Source: Babesia bigemina (Eukaryota). Taken from it: a DNA stretch of 64,000 nucleotides. The DNA lies in the NCBI RefSeq assembly GCF_000981445.1, contig NC_027217.1, positions 1,116,001 through 1,180,000 of the forward strand, read 5' to 3'. A program made the translations under genes and the position numbers. Below the pieces are notes generated by a model that was not told where the DNA came from, did not search any database, and saw nothing but the letters and a program-made list of their open reading frames with translations. Positions 11,563-22,974 of the stretch are shown piece by piece (positions within the stretch are counted from its first letter, which is position 1; each line of letters begins with the position of its first letter).

Positions 11563-12125
11563 CACGACCAAACTCGGTCAATCAAATGGGTATTTGGCTT
11601 TAACAACCGTCAGTCATCAATTCCGCAGCCGAACAGTAGCGGACGTGTCGAGCAATGTCTCTCTTCCGACATATAATCAGCATTCTCATTAAACACACAT
11701 TTTGTAAGCATCATCGTGACTGGAAATCTCGTATACGATCATGCAGGAATGTAATTCTCACTGCACAAAGCAAGGCGCGGACTATGGCCAGGGTAGCTAA
11801 CGTGGCTTAAAGCAACGTCGCCCGTACTCACATTAATTATTTGACACTACACATCTGGCAGTCGAATTATAGCTTTACGGATAATGTAATACCGATCCTT
11901 GCCGCTAATATGCTAACAGTAAATTGCTTGAGCCTATTGCCAAAAAACTATGCCGCGATCCGCAATATGGTTCGGAAAACGCGTCGTTACTAGCCCACGA
12001 TTTGGGTATTTTGCCTACTGAGTTATTGTTGAACCTTTTTGGTGGTTGTCTTATCTCTGTTTTACGTTGAACAACATCCGAATACGTCATACTTGTAACA
12101 GACGTGGAATTCGGAGTTCACGTCA

Positions 12126-14288
12126 ATGGATGCAACTACGGAATTGCCAATATGGTTTCACAAGGATGAAATATTGTCAAAGCTTAGGTCTTCTCAGGTG
12201 TTGTTGCTCACTGGAGAGACGGGAAGCGGAAAGTCCACCTTCCTCCCGAAGATTCTCCACGAAAATGGATACAGTGACAGCACAATCGTCATCACGCAGC
12301 CTCGGCGTGTGGCGGCTGTGTCGCTCGCGCGGCACGTTGCCTCCCTGTTCAGCTGTGACGTAGGGAAACTGGTGGGATTCGCGGTGAGATTCCTCAACTG
12401 CTGCGGCGAGGAAACGAAGATCAAGTACGTCACGGACGGAGTGCTACTACGCGAAGTGCTGGTTGATCATCTTTTCTCAAAGTACTCCGTAGTAGTTATA
12501 GATGAGGCCCACGAACGCTCCATACGCAGCGACGTGTTACTGGGTGTCCTGCGCACATGCATACCACAGAGGCGCGACCTCAAAGTAATCATAATGTCCG
12601 CCACGTTGCGGTCCAGTGCATTCGCAAATTTTTTCACAGATTGTGAGATCGTACGTGTTGCTGGCAGGACATTTCCTCTCGATATCTACTACGCACCGCA
12701 ACCGCAAGAGGACTACCTCGAGGTGAGTCGTTGGGAATCGTAGGCCACTCATATTCAGGCGGCAATGTTGACCATCCTGCAGATAAACCTGACGTACAAA
12801 AATGGTGATGTCTTGGTTTTTCTGACTGGGCAGGATGATATAGAGGCATTGGATCATATGCTGCAAAACAAGGTGGCTGTCATTACACAGTTCCTGAAGT
12901 CGTCGGGAGTTCAAGTTGGGGGAAACGTAGCAGACGTGATGCGAGCCACTGAAGTGCTTCTAGGTGATACACCGTACGAACTTAAATACTGGAAAGAACT
13001 AGAAATCGTCTCACTATACGCCGCACTCCCGCTGCAACAACAGTCTAAAGTTTTTAAGCCCACACCTGACGGACACCGCAAAGTCGTGCTGGCAACCAAC
13101 ATAGCAGAAACAAGCGTAACCATTCCCGGCATCAGATTCGTGGTGGACAGTGGATTGATGAAACAGAAGTTGTTCTGCGCGAAGAATTGCTTTGAGTCGT
13201 TAGTAATACAAAAAATTTCGAAAGACTCGGCTGATCAACGTGCTGGACGAGCGGGACGTATGGGTCCAGGTAGGAAAGTCTGTGACTGTGAAAACGTGGT
13301 ATAGGAAAGGTTTTTCGTCTGTACACTACGGAATCGTTCACCTCAATGCGTGTATCCCGCATACCGGAGATGCAATGCACCAATGTATCGCACGTTTACC
13401 TGGAGCTAAAGGTATGAAGCGTGCTATGTTGAGAGGGCAAAACAAATTGCAGATGATTGGAATAAAGAACCCGCTGGACTTTCCCCTTATAGATCCACCA
13501 AGCAAAAACGCTCTGCTCGCCGCAGCAATGGAACTCTACCGTCTGGACGCACTCGATTGCAAGGGTAACCTGACAGAAACAGGGTGCGTTTATGAATAAT
13601 AAATCGTCTCTTTAACTCAGTTCACAGGAAAAAGATGGGACACATACCATTACTGCCACGTCATGCGAGGCTTCTTTTGTGCTCTGCGGAATTTAGCTGC
13701 ACCTCGGAAATGCTGACTATCGTGGCGATGCTGTCCACCGATTTGACTCTTTTCTCGTCTGAAAAACACGACAAAGAAGCTTTTAAAATGCGGAAAAACC
13801 TCGCCAACCCCAGTGGAGACCACCTCACGTTGCTCAATATGTATACCATCTGGAACGACACGCCAAACAGAAAGGAGACCTGTAAACAATTCGGATTCAA
13901 CGCTGCCGCATTCGAAAGAGCGTCCGAAATACGATCTCAACTCGTAGAAATACTTACAAAACGCGTCGGGTTCATCAACATACCCAGTTGTAAGGACTCG
14001 TCAGAATGGGACAACGTGCTGAAGTGCCTCTGTAAGGGAGGGTGGATGAACATGGCCTCAATAAACAGCGACTCAAAGTCATACAAAATCGAAATACAAA
14101 ACAAGACGGTGGTTATACATCCGCACTCCGTGTTATTCTCAAAGCGACCGCTACCGCCCCTGGTGGTATTCGACGAATGCACAAGCACAAGGAAGGCATA
14201 CATTCAAAACGTATCAGAGATATCACAAGACTGGGTAACGCAGCTGTTACCTAGGCTGTCACTCACAGGATCGAATACGTGTAGCTAA
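12126..14288 (+). CDS. DEAH-box ATP-dependent RNA helicase (DHX33/Dhr2-like; HA2 and OB domains)
   Basis: Intact motifs GETGSGKST, TQPRRVAA, TDGVLLRE, DEAH, SAT, VFLTG, ATNIAETS and QRAGRAGR. HA2-like PLLPRHARLLLCSAEFSC and OB-like IHPHSVLF. Several short introns; no N-terminal S1/RS extension. Confidence 0.92.
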
Positions 14289-14583
14289 CGCAATAGTGAG
14301 GGTTTTCAAATCTTGGCATAAACTGCCGTACCGTAATTTTCGGCTGATGACTGCATGGCGCCTTTTGCTGTTTATGCAAGGTGGACGTCCTTAATCGTTC
14401 TGTGGGGGAGCAATCTTGCAAGCCACACGAACAACAATTTGTGCGATGTAGTTAACGGCGATCTTACAGCAACCAGGCGAATCCTTTGCGGTTGTTGCCG
14501 ACAACCGATGCCATCGCAACGAAGTACTTTTCATTTGCGTAAACGATTGTGCCCATTCATACAGGATCGCGAAATCGAGCACG

Positions 14584-15240
14584 TCATTCGGAGGATGGAA
14601 ACATTACCTTAATCCCAGACACCTCCCCGGTAACGTCATCCCTCAGCACAGAGCAATAGTACGTCCCGTTGTCACATATACCAACAGATGACACCGCGCC
14701 TATAGGGCCGTTAGGCAGGTTGGATAAACATATCTTGCTGGACGTAGTGGTAGCCTGGCACATGGCGTTGGCCCAGCTGCGAATGTACTCGTAAAATGCC
14801 TCGTTATTCTCGGCAGTGAGTCCGTGGGCCTTCGCGCACCTCCGGATACTCTCCATGCAAAGAAAACCGACGGTTCCGCACGCAATTTGCAGTTTGTTGG
14901 TGTACCAATGAGATTCGTCGCCAGCCAGCTCCTTCCACGGGAGCTCCAGAAGGTAACTCGTTGAGACCAAAGCCGGGTCCAACACGCTAGCGGATATGCA
15001 CACCAACGCAGCTACACGTGTTTCGTCTATGTCGCATCCCGATGACTCCGTCAATGCGTATACATACCATAGACCGGCTGTGGTAGGGGTGATAACACAA
15101 GCGTTCACCCGCTCTGCGTCGTTCTCCGGATGGGACCTCGCTAATAGATCCCTGCAAGTTAATTCTTCTACCAAGCGCAAGTCCACGGCAACTAACGAGT
15201 CGCACAGCGCCACAAAGCATCCGCCATCAAGGACGTTCAT
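14584..15240 (-). CDS. Hypothetical protein, 218 aa
   Basis: Uninterrupted ATG-to-stop ORF with a globular-looking composition; no motif recognised. Confidence 0.6.
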   Translation of the reverse strand: MNVLDGGCFVALCDSLVAVDLRLVEELTCRDLLARSHPENDAERVNACVITPTTAGLWYVYALTESSGCDIDETRVAALVCISASVLDPALVSTSYLLELPWKELAGDESHWYTNKLQIACGTVGFLCMESIRRCAKAHGLTAENNEAFYEYIRSWANAMCQATTTSSKICLSNLPNGPIGAVSSVGICDNGTYYCSVLRDDVTGEVSGIKVMFPSSE

Positions 15241-15924
15241 TTTGCCCGTAATAAAACGAATGTTTTAGACACGCAACCGATATATGCAAGAAACATATAC
15301 TGATATGTCCACTATACGTAAAGACAGTTAACAAAAGGCCTTTCGTAAAACTAAAAACTACATGTGGAGCGAACAGGACGCATAACCACAACGCCAGCAG
15401 ATTCCACGTTGCAGGATATTGGACAGCACGCCTTCCTGCGGAATACAGTTCATATCCGGAGTGGCAATGGTACTTCGCAGAAAGCCTATAGGTGTGTGTG
15501 CTGGATGTGTGCAATAATATCCTCTTACACATTTGTTGTATCATTTGTGGGCTATTTCATTGTAACCATTATTGCGGTTGGATAGCTCGGCTATCACGCG
15601 CACGGCAATATTTCCGTGTTTCGAATCTACAACTGACGTGTGTGCACTTTCGAACGAAAGTGTCATGCTGTTTAACTGTTTCTACGTGTCTCACGGGTAG
15701 AGGTAATTCGCTGCTGCGTGCAACGGCTCGTCCGTCAAGTGAATGGGTAGACAACGCCAAATTTGCGGATGCAGTGATTGGACACATCAGTTGTATGCAT
15801 AATATACGAATGTTGTATGCGAATTTCGTGTCGATAATCAATGCTTCAATACATTCTTGATAGTATTGTGTCCAAGCATTATCAAATTCACTACAGATTC
15901 AATTACGGGTTACCCTGACCCAAG

Positions 15925-16487
15925 ATGACATTCTCAAGTGACGAGGATTCATCCCAAGAATCATTAATGTAAGAAGATATAGTTAAGCTACCACGCAGCA
16001 GCGACTCCCATTGGCCGTCTGTTATAAGTACCCTGTAACTCACCCTCAGGTCTAGCAGGAAAAAGTCGATCACATGGGACGAAAAAACAATTAGTGAGCA
16101 CGACAAGGAACGTGGGACCAGAACCAAAATCACAGAGGTATCTACACCTTTCTGCTACATGTCGGATGCGGACTCACAAGATGATTCGGGCAGTAGCTAC
16201 AAGGACTCAGATGCGCAAGAACTTACAAAGGAGTTATCCGACCGATTGGATGCCATTAAAAATTCACAAGACAAAAAATCACGCTTCGAAGAGCTTCGTA
16301 AAAAGCACTACAGTCGCGAATACATAAGACATCGTGTACATCATGGGTGAGAGATGCTTACCACTTCCTCAATTTGCACAGCGAAGAACAAAGCAGTGAT
16401 GATGAGTATCATCATGACCAATGCAAGGAACCGAATGACAAATTTGTCAATTACAGCACCTTCGACGACGTAACTACGGCAAAATGA
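15925..16487 (+). CDS. PPP1R2: Protein phosphatase 1 inhibitor-2 (IPP-2)
   Basis: Three exons join in frame. KKSITWDE (RVxF-type), HDKERGTRTKITEVSTPF and FEELRKKHYSRE correspond to the I-2 motifs W-DE, KI.EP.TPY and F..KRK.HYNE. Confidence 0.88.
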
Positions 16488-17076
16488 TGATTATGGCAGT
16501 AAAAACGTTGTAAAAGTTCACCTGCCGTACCCTACCGTTGGGAAATATGGTTACAGGTCCCCAATTGGCCAACATTGCGTACAGTTATAGACGGATACTT
16601 AAACGGCGGTGTTGTGTAGTGCGTCGACGATTCTCGACGTTACACATTTCGGCACACCATAGCCGCAGCGTACATAAACTATGTATTTGAATCACATAAG
16701 CTGGAACTCGGATGCCATATTGGAATCTCTGTTTCATCATAGCGTCGGGACGCATATGACACTTTGGACGTTATTCAACTCGCACTAGATCTTCACGCGA
16801 CACAGTTTGCACATCATTTAAATCACTAATCTATTTAAAATATTTCGGTCCATAGAAGGTTGCGAAAACACTCCATGAGCATCCATACAAAAGGTGACAC
16901 CCTGCACACTTTTCCGGCTACCAGACCCGGTAGCATCTATACAGACGGCCTAATTGTCAGTGAATACGATATATATAAGCGTGATAACTGTGCCAATAAG
17001 GGGTTAAGACAGTTGTAACACGTCAATCAGGAGGTCCAATCGCGTTTGCAGCAACCGTAATAAGGGTTCGTTAACC

Positions 17077-17999
17077 ATGGGCGATCTGACACTTTTATGT
17101 CGAGCCTCCGACGGCCTACCCCTCGTGGAAATATGGGAAGACAGAATCTCTCCGGAATCGTTAGATTTAAACTCCAACGAGGTATCAAAGGTAACGCAAT
17201 CTATAAAAATAAATGCTCGCATGATCTGCCGGAAACTGCCGCCAAACTCGACAAAATGCTCCATCATGGAAGGTGACGTATGCTACCATTACATGGTGGA
17301 GGGTGGAATCTGCTACATGACGGTAACTTCTACTGAGTATCCCAAGAAACTAGCATTTCTCTACCTTGCTGAACTGTGCGCTGCATTTGAGAAAGAGCTA
17401 GAAACACAAAGGAAATCGCATTCTCCGAACGACCCATTACGCGCCATTGCTAAGCCGTACAGTTTCATGACATTTGGTGGGTTAAAGTTCTACGACATCT
17501 GTAATGTAGTATGTGCTCTACTACGTGCTGCTGCCGAGGTGCATTTTGTGAACGAAATGAAGTTACACGCAGGTCGCATATATGCGATTTGACCGCCTGC
17601 TGTACACCGAAGCATCTTATTATCACTGACATGAATACGCAGATCGCACCATCCATAAAATAAAGGCTAACTTCAAAGATCCGAACTCAAGCAAGGCACT
17701 GCATATGATCAACAATAGCCTCAACGAGGTCACCAACATCATGCGGCGCAACATCGACGAAATACTGCAGCGTGGAGAAAACCTAGAAGGTAAATTTTAA
17801 TATGCGCTTCCGCTATGCGACAGCAGATATTGGCCGCATGGCAGACGGACTCAAAGCTGAAACTCTGAAGTTCAAAACATCATCAAAGCTGCTGGCCCAG
17901 CAAAGCCTACTCGAAAAATATCTGGTGTTTGTTATTGTGGCTGTTGTCATCATCATGTGTTACTATTTCGCCTTCGGAAGCACTAAGGGGACCACATGA
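17077..17999 (+). CDS. SEC22: R-SNARE Sec22 (longin domain, SNARE motif, C-terminal TM)
   Basis: TLLCRASDGLPL, YPKKLAFLYL and KPYSFMTFD; middle exon NNSLNEVTNIMRRNIDEILQRGENLE; C-terminal hydrophobic anchor YLVFVIVAVVIIMCYY. Three exons. Confidence 0.93.
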
Positions 18000-18400
18000 C
18001 CAACGTTTATGTGCGACGCTGAGATAGAAATTTTTAACATAAATATACTAGACCATATACTGGCATAACTCCACATATAAAAATATTACATGTGAAGACA
18101 GTTCCCTTCTGGTGTACTTATTGGTTTCGGGCCTAGTGTGGCGGATAATGGGCCACGTTGCACAACATCCGTCTCCCTTGGAACGTACAAAACAACTCCA
18201 TATCATCTTTGAAATTATATTCAAGTAGACAAACCGACGTGCAACATTCAGGAATCCGTACGAGCCATAACGTTTATTGTGTGCGCGCCATTGGCTTGTC
18301 TGGGTGATTCCACTAGGCGGCCATCCATCCGCGAAGCGTCGCTCCGCGGGGCGTTGTCAACAAATAGATGTGTGTATAGCTGTAATTAATTTGACACAAT

Positions 18401-20011
18401 ATGAATGTGGCCGTTGACGAATTCGGTAAGCCCTTCGTGATTCTACGCCAGCAGGAGAAGAAGCGGCTTACAGGGCTAGATGCGCACAAGGCAAATATCA
18501 TGGCGGCCAAAGCCATTGCAAGTACGCTTAAAACATCACTTGGTCCACGTGGTATGGACAAAATTATTGTAAGTCCTGATGGCAAAGTCACGGTGACAAA
18601 TGATGGAGCAACCATACTACAAAAGATAGAAGTCGAGCACCAGTGCGCTAAACTTTTGGTGGACCTCTCAAAGAGCCAAGATGAGGAAATCGGGGATGGA
18701 ACTACCGGTGTTGTTATATTGGCAGGAGCTCTACTCGAAAGGGCGCTGCGTCTATTGGATAAGGGGTTACATCCATTACGGATAGCAGACGGATACGAAA
18801 CGGCCTGTGATATCGCCATCAAACGACTTGAGGAAATTGCAAATGAGCAGGATGTATCATACTCCCCGGTAAAAAATGCGGAAATTTACAAGAAGGCGGC
18901 ATACACTGCATTGGGGTCAAAGGTAGTGTCTAGCTGTCAGGACCACCTCGCGGACATCGCAGTTAGCGCCGTAATGGCCGTTCAGGACAAAGAACGCAGG
19001 GATGTAAACCTTGAACTCATCAAAATAGAGGCAGTTACCGGTGGGAGACTGGAGGATACTTGCCTAGTTGAAGGCATCGTGCTGACCAAGGAGTTCAGTC
19101 ATTCCCAAATGACCAAAACCGTCAGGGATGCCCGCATAGCTATTTTATCATGCCCATTCGAACCACCCAAGTCAAAAACTAAAAGTCGCATCGAAATATC
19201 TACTGTGGAGGATTACGAAAAGCTGCAAGCGTGTGAGAAACAGTATTTCGAAAACATGGTCCAACGCGTAGTAGACAGCAAGGCCAATGTAGTTATATGC
19301 CAGTGGGGTTTCGATGATGAAGCAAATCACTTACTGATGAAGAAGGGTATTTCTGCCGTACGTTGGGTTGGTGGCGCTGAACTGGAACTTGTCGCCATAG
19401 CTACGGGAGGCAAAATCGTTGGGCGCTTCGAAGATCTAGATGAGAGTAAATTGGGACGCGCAGAGGTTGTTCGTGAGGTTGCAACTGGTACAGAGCATCA
19501 GGAATTCATATTTATTGAAAAGTGCCAAAAAACAAAATCGGTTACCGTACTTATTTCTGGGGGAAATGGTGTCTATGTAGAAGAAACAAAACGCTGCATT
19601 CACGACGCCATTTGCTGCGTGCGTAACCTCGTACGCGATTCTCGTGTTCTGGGTGGAGGAGGAGCGCCAGAAATAGCTGCATCGCTCGCCGTGGAGGCCG
19701 CTGCCGTTAAGCTTAATACGTTGGAACAGTTCGCAGTACAGGCATTTAGCGAAGCGCTACTCGAAATTCCTATGGCACTAGCGGACAACTCTGGACTTAA
19801 CGTCTTCGATATGGTAGCAAAAGCGACGCAAATGCAGCGGACGAATTGTCATGTTGGCATCGATTGCCTACGCGGAAGCGTTGGCGACCTTCGAGAACGC
19901 GGTATATTCGAGTCGTTGCACTCGAAGGTTCAACAACTGTCTTTGGCTACACAGGTGGTGAAGATGATATTGAAAATAGATGATGTAATATGCCCCACTG
20001 AGATTCAGTGA
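18401..20011 (+). CDS. CCT5: T-complex protein 1 subunit epsilon (CCT5)
   Basis: Intronless 536 aa: DEFGKPFVILRQQEKKRLTG, TSLGPRGMDK, TNDGATIL, GDGTT, ICQWGFDDEANHLL, VRWVGG, MILKIDD. Confidence 0.97.
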   Translation: MNVAVDEFGKPFVILRQQEKKRLTGLDAHKANIMAAKAIASTLKTSLGPRGMDKIIVSPDGKVTVTNDGATILQKIEVEHQCAKLLVDLSKSQDEEIGDGTTGVVILAGALLERALRLLDKGLHPLRIADGYETACDIAIKRLEEIANEQDVSYSPVKNAEIYKKAAYTALGSKVVSSCQDHLADIAVSAVMAVQDKERRDVNLELIKIEAVTGGRLEDTCLVEGIVLTKEFSHSQMTKTVRDARIAILSCPFEPPKSKTKSRIEISTVEDYEKLQACEKQYFENMVQRVVDSKANVVICQWGFDDEANHLLMKKGISAVRWVGGAELELVAIATGGKIVGRFEDLDESKLGRAEVVREVATGTEHQEFIFIEKCQKTKSVTVLISGGNGVYVEETKRCIHDAICCVRNLVRDSRVLGGGGAPEIAASLAVEAAAVKLNTLEQFAVQAFSEALLEIPMALADNSGLNVFDMVAKATQMQRTNCHVGIDCLRGSVGDLRERGIFESLHSKVQQLSLATQVVKMILKIDDVICPTEIQ

Positions 20012-21676
20012 TGCACACGAAATAGCACACTAACAAAACTGTAACATTCCTCTTGCCAAATATTGTCTTTGCGTTCTATACAATACGTCGTTATAACACT
20101 ACGCATATATGGGATAGTACGATTTCGCACTAACGTATATTCTATATCGTTAACGAGTGAAATGGAATTAGTTACAGCGATCTCATAAACGGATGACCAT
20201 CGTAAACTCACAAAATCCGATCTGCATTCCGAGTCGATTATTTTCTGGTTAACGAAGGTACAAGAATTTTAACCTCATCAAATGTTATCATTGTTATATT
20301 GCCTCTGAAATATTGTGGCAGGAAGTGTAGTAAAACTATTCTCTTACCGAATTGAGGTATCCATCTCCACATTGATGTGACGCTAATAATGTAGCTCATA
20401 TACATGTGATTTCGATTTGTAAATAGTGATCTCCATATTAGTCCGCATTATGTTGCCTGCTATCATAGGTTTGCTACTGCAAGGACAGACCAAGGTCACA
20501 CTACACAGCGCAATTATCGTTAGTTTATGTTTGATGTACCTATAAGAAGGTAAATGCTTTTTGGCGAGCGTTTGATCCTATGGCAAACAGTGATCAGTCT
20601 TGTAAGTGGCGATCGTGGCGTAACCAACGTTGACGCCTGAATAGACCTTTTATTCATTTCCATGGTTGATAACGATTTGTTAAGCGCATACACAGGTCTG
20701 AAGGAATTATCGAAATCAATTTAATGACCAATGTCGAAATGTCAACTGGTGCGGTGGCAAAACTAGGCATATATTCTATAATGTATCATGCCATAGTAGC
20801 CATAACTGCACATTTTCTGATCCGAAGGTATGACTAATTTATCCAAAGTTGTCTATACCTAATGGATATCATTACACTTTACATATTTATTATCGCATGA
20901 CAACACATTAATGTCGCATCTACCTTTATGCGACACCAGTAGGGTTTAACAATCTCATGTACAGTTGTATGACTGTTAAGAAATATATTAGCAGTACTAT
21001 TAACGTAGTACATAAGGATGACACATTTGCCAGTACATTTAAATTCAACCGACGGTCAACACGATGTTAAGTATTTTCAACCATCAATATTTAAATCATT
21101 ACACAAAATGGCATTCCATGTGTGCAGCGCATTATTCACACTGAATTACATGTATCGTAGTTAATGCGATAAATTAACTCGTTTCCAAAGTCAACCATGC
21201 TACCAACCTATTGCGCTAGTCGTCATGCCATGGGGTCTCATGAATGTCCATACGGCAGTTGAGCATACCTACGCATTTGTATGCCCGTAAAACTAACGTG
21301 CAGTATATTAACTCAAATGATATCGGCACATAACAATCTTCTTTGTCATCGCAAAACGTCAACATCTAACTACAACCTAGTAGTATACAACGCAACATAT
21401 TTTCAAGATAATACACCACTGCTGTCACAACGATAACAGTTAAACAACAGAAGTAATTGCAGCTTGTCAAATGCTACCGCATGCTGAATCGCTCAAATAT
21501 TTTGGTTACCCTACCTACTGCCCTCATCTTATGGATAGTCTTGAAGTCCTTGGTTCTAACACTAACAACATAAGAACAGAGTAGCTGAGAGCCGTACTGC
21601 TTAAATTCCCATGGTAGCGCCAATGTTATACGGGGATTACTACATACGGTGGTGCTTGATGTATGTAACACTGCAT

Positions 21677-22162
21677 TTAGAACTCCAATACATTCTCTGT
21701 AACGACAGGCAAAATCCATGAATCTTCGACACATCGCAACACATTCTTGTCATACGTTACTCTGTCTTTCTCTAACATTGTAGCTGCCTCGGTGTTTGCA
21801 GGAGATTTTATGTTGGGGTCACTCAGCAGTGACTGTATCGACATGAGTACGGCAGAGATATCGTAAATTGCGGTCCATTGGTTCTGTAATATGTCCAAGC
21901 ATATTCTTCCATCGGAATAAACGTTGGGATGAAATATTCTTGACAGAAATTTTATTTTAGGAGGCTTAGTGGGATAGTCCTCGGTGAACCTGACAAGAAG
22001 GTGGAAACTCCCTGTTTCCCACAATGTGTTCTTAGGCCCAGTGATAACAGCGTGGCACACCATCATGTTTTCAGCGAAAGGCTCAACACGCACACCGTCC
22101 GGAGGATCCTTTGTCACCTTGGATATGTCCTGCACAATGCGTCGCCTGGCAAAGGTAGACAT
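21677..22162 (-). CDS. UBC2: Ubiquitin-conjugating enzyme E2, Rad6/UBC2 family
   Basis: MSTFARRRIVQD, FHPNVYSDGRICLDILQNQW (catalytic Cys), SIQSLLSDPN..SPAN.EA, CVEDSW. Confidence 0.93.
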   Translation of the reverse strand: MSTFARRRIVQDISKVTKDPPDGVRVEPFAENMMVCHAVITGPKNTLWETGSFHLLVRFTEDYPTKPPKIKFLSRIFHPNVYSDGRICLDILQNQWTAIYDISAVLMSIQSLLSDPNIKSPANTEAATMLEKDRVTYDKNVLRCVEDSWILPVVTENVLEF

Positions 22163-22974
22163 CGTGACTAAGGGTTGAAATACGACTCATATGAGCGATA
22201 TTAAGTATCAATTCAAGGTAAACAATAAGCCAGTCAATTAGTGAACAAATTCCTTACTTAATCGATCACTAAAATCTAATAACCTCTGCAATAATTCTAC
22301 ATCCTTTTTTGTTCATCACCGCGACATTGTTATTAGGACCAATGCAATGGGATACGATCCATAGGTGCTTCGGTTAATACAGAAGCAGCATATTGCCAAA
22401 TAGCTAATCTCGTACCAACAGCCATATGGCAATGCCTTGTGAACATTCTCAATGCCCTCTAACACCACCGATTGAAGACCGGAAACAGAATTCCACGACA
22501 ATACAGAATACAAAATCTTAAAAGATCGTATAAACACGTGCGCATTAGGCTCACCATATGTTGGTTATGGGTGTTCCGAGTTTTACAAGACAACATCGCT
22601 GCACACCTTCGCGAAAAAAATGGATTACGCATTTTGCCGACTTAATTTTACAGAAGAGTTGGTGCAACATAATTGTTTAATATTCTGTGGATGGTTTTTT
22701 GTATCTTGTATGAAGATTCCTTAAGAGGTGTAGGTATAGGATCGATGAAGCTAGACAGAGCTTACCATTCAAACCATAAAGTCAAGGCTCAGGAAATTTA
22801 TCAGATTTCATCTTATGATGTGGTTTTCCTGATCATATATCATTGATTTACATGGACACTGCTACCTTGATGGGCGGCTTCCCACTAATGTGACGATCTT
22901 TAGGTTAAATGCCAGACCGCTGAAAAGCTCTTACTCTCATTTGACGGAGCCAGTTGCATTGGCAGCAGTTTCAT

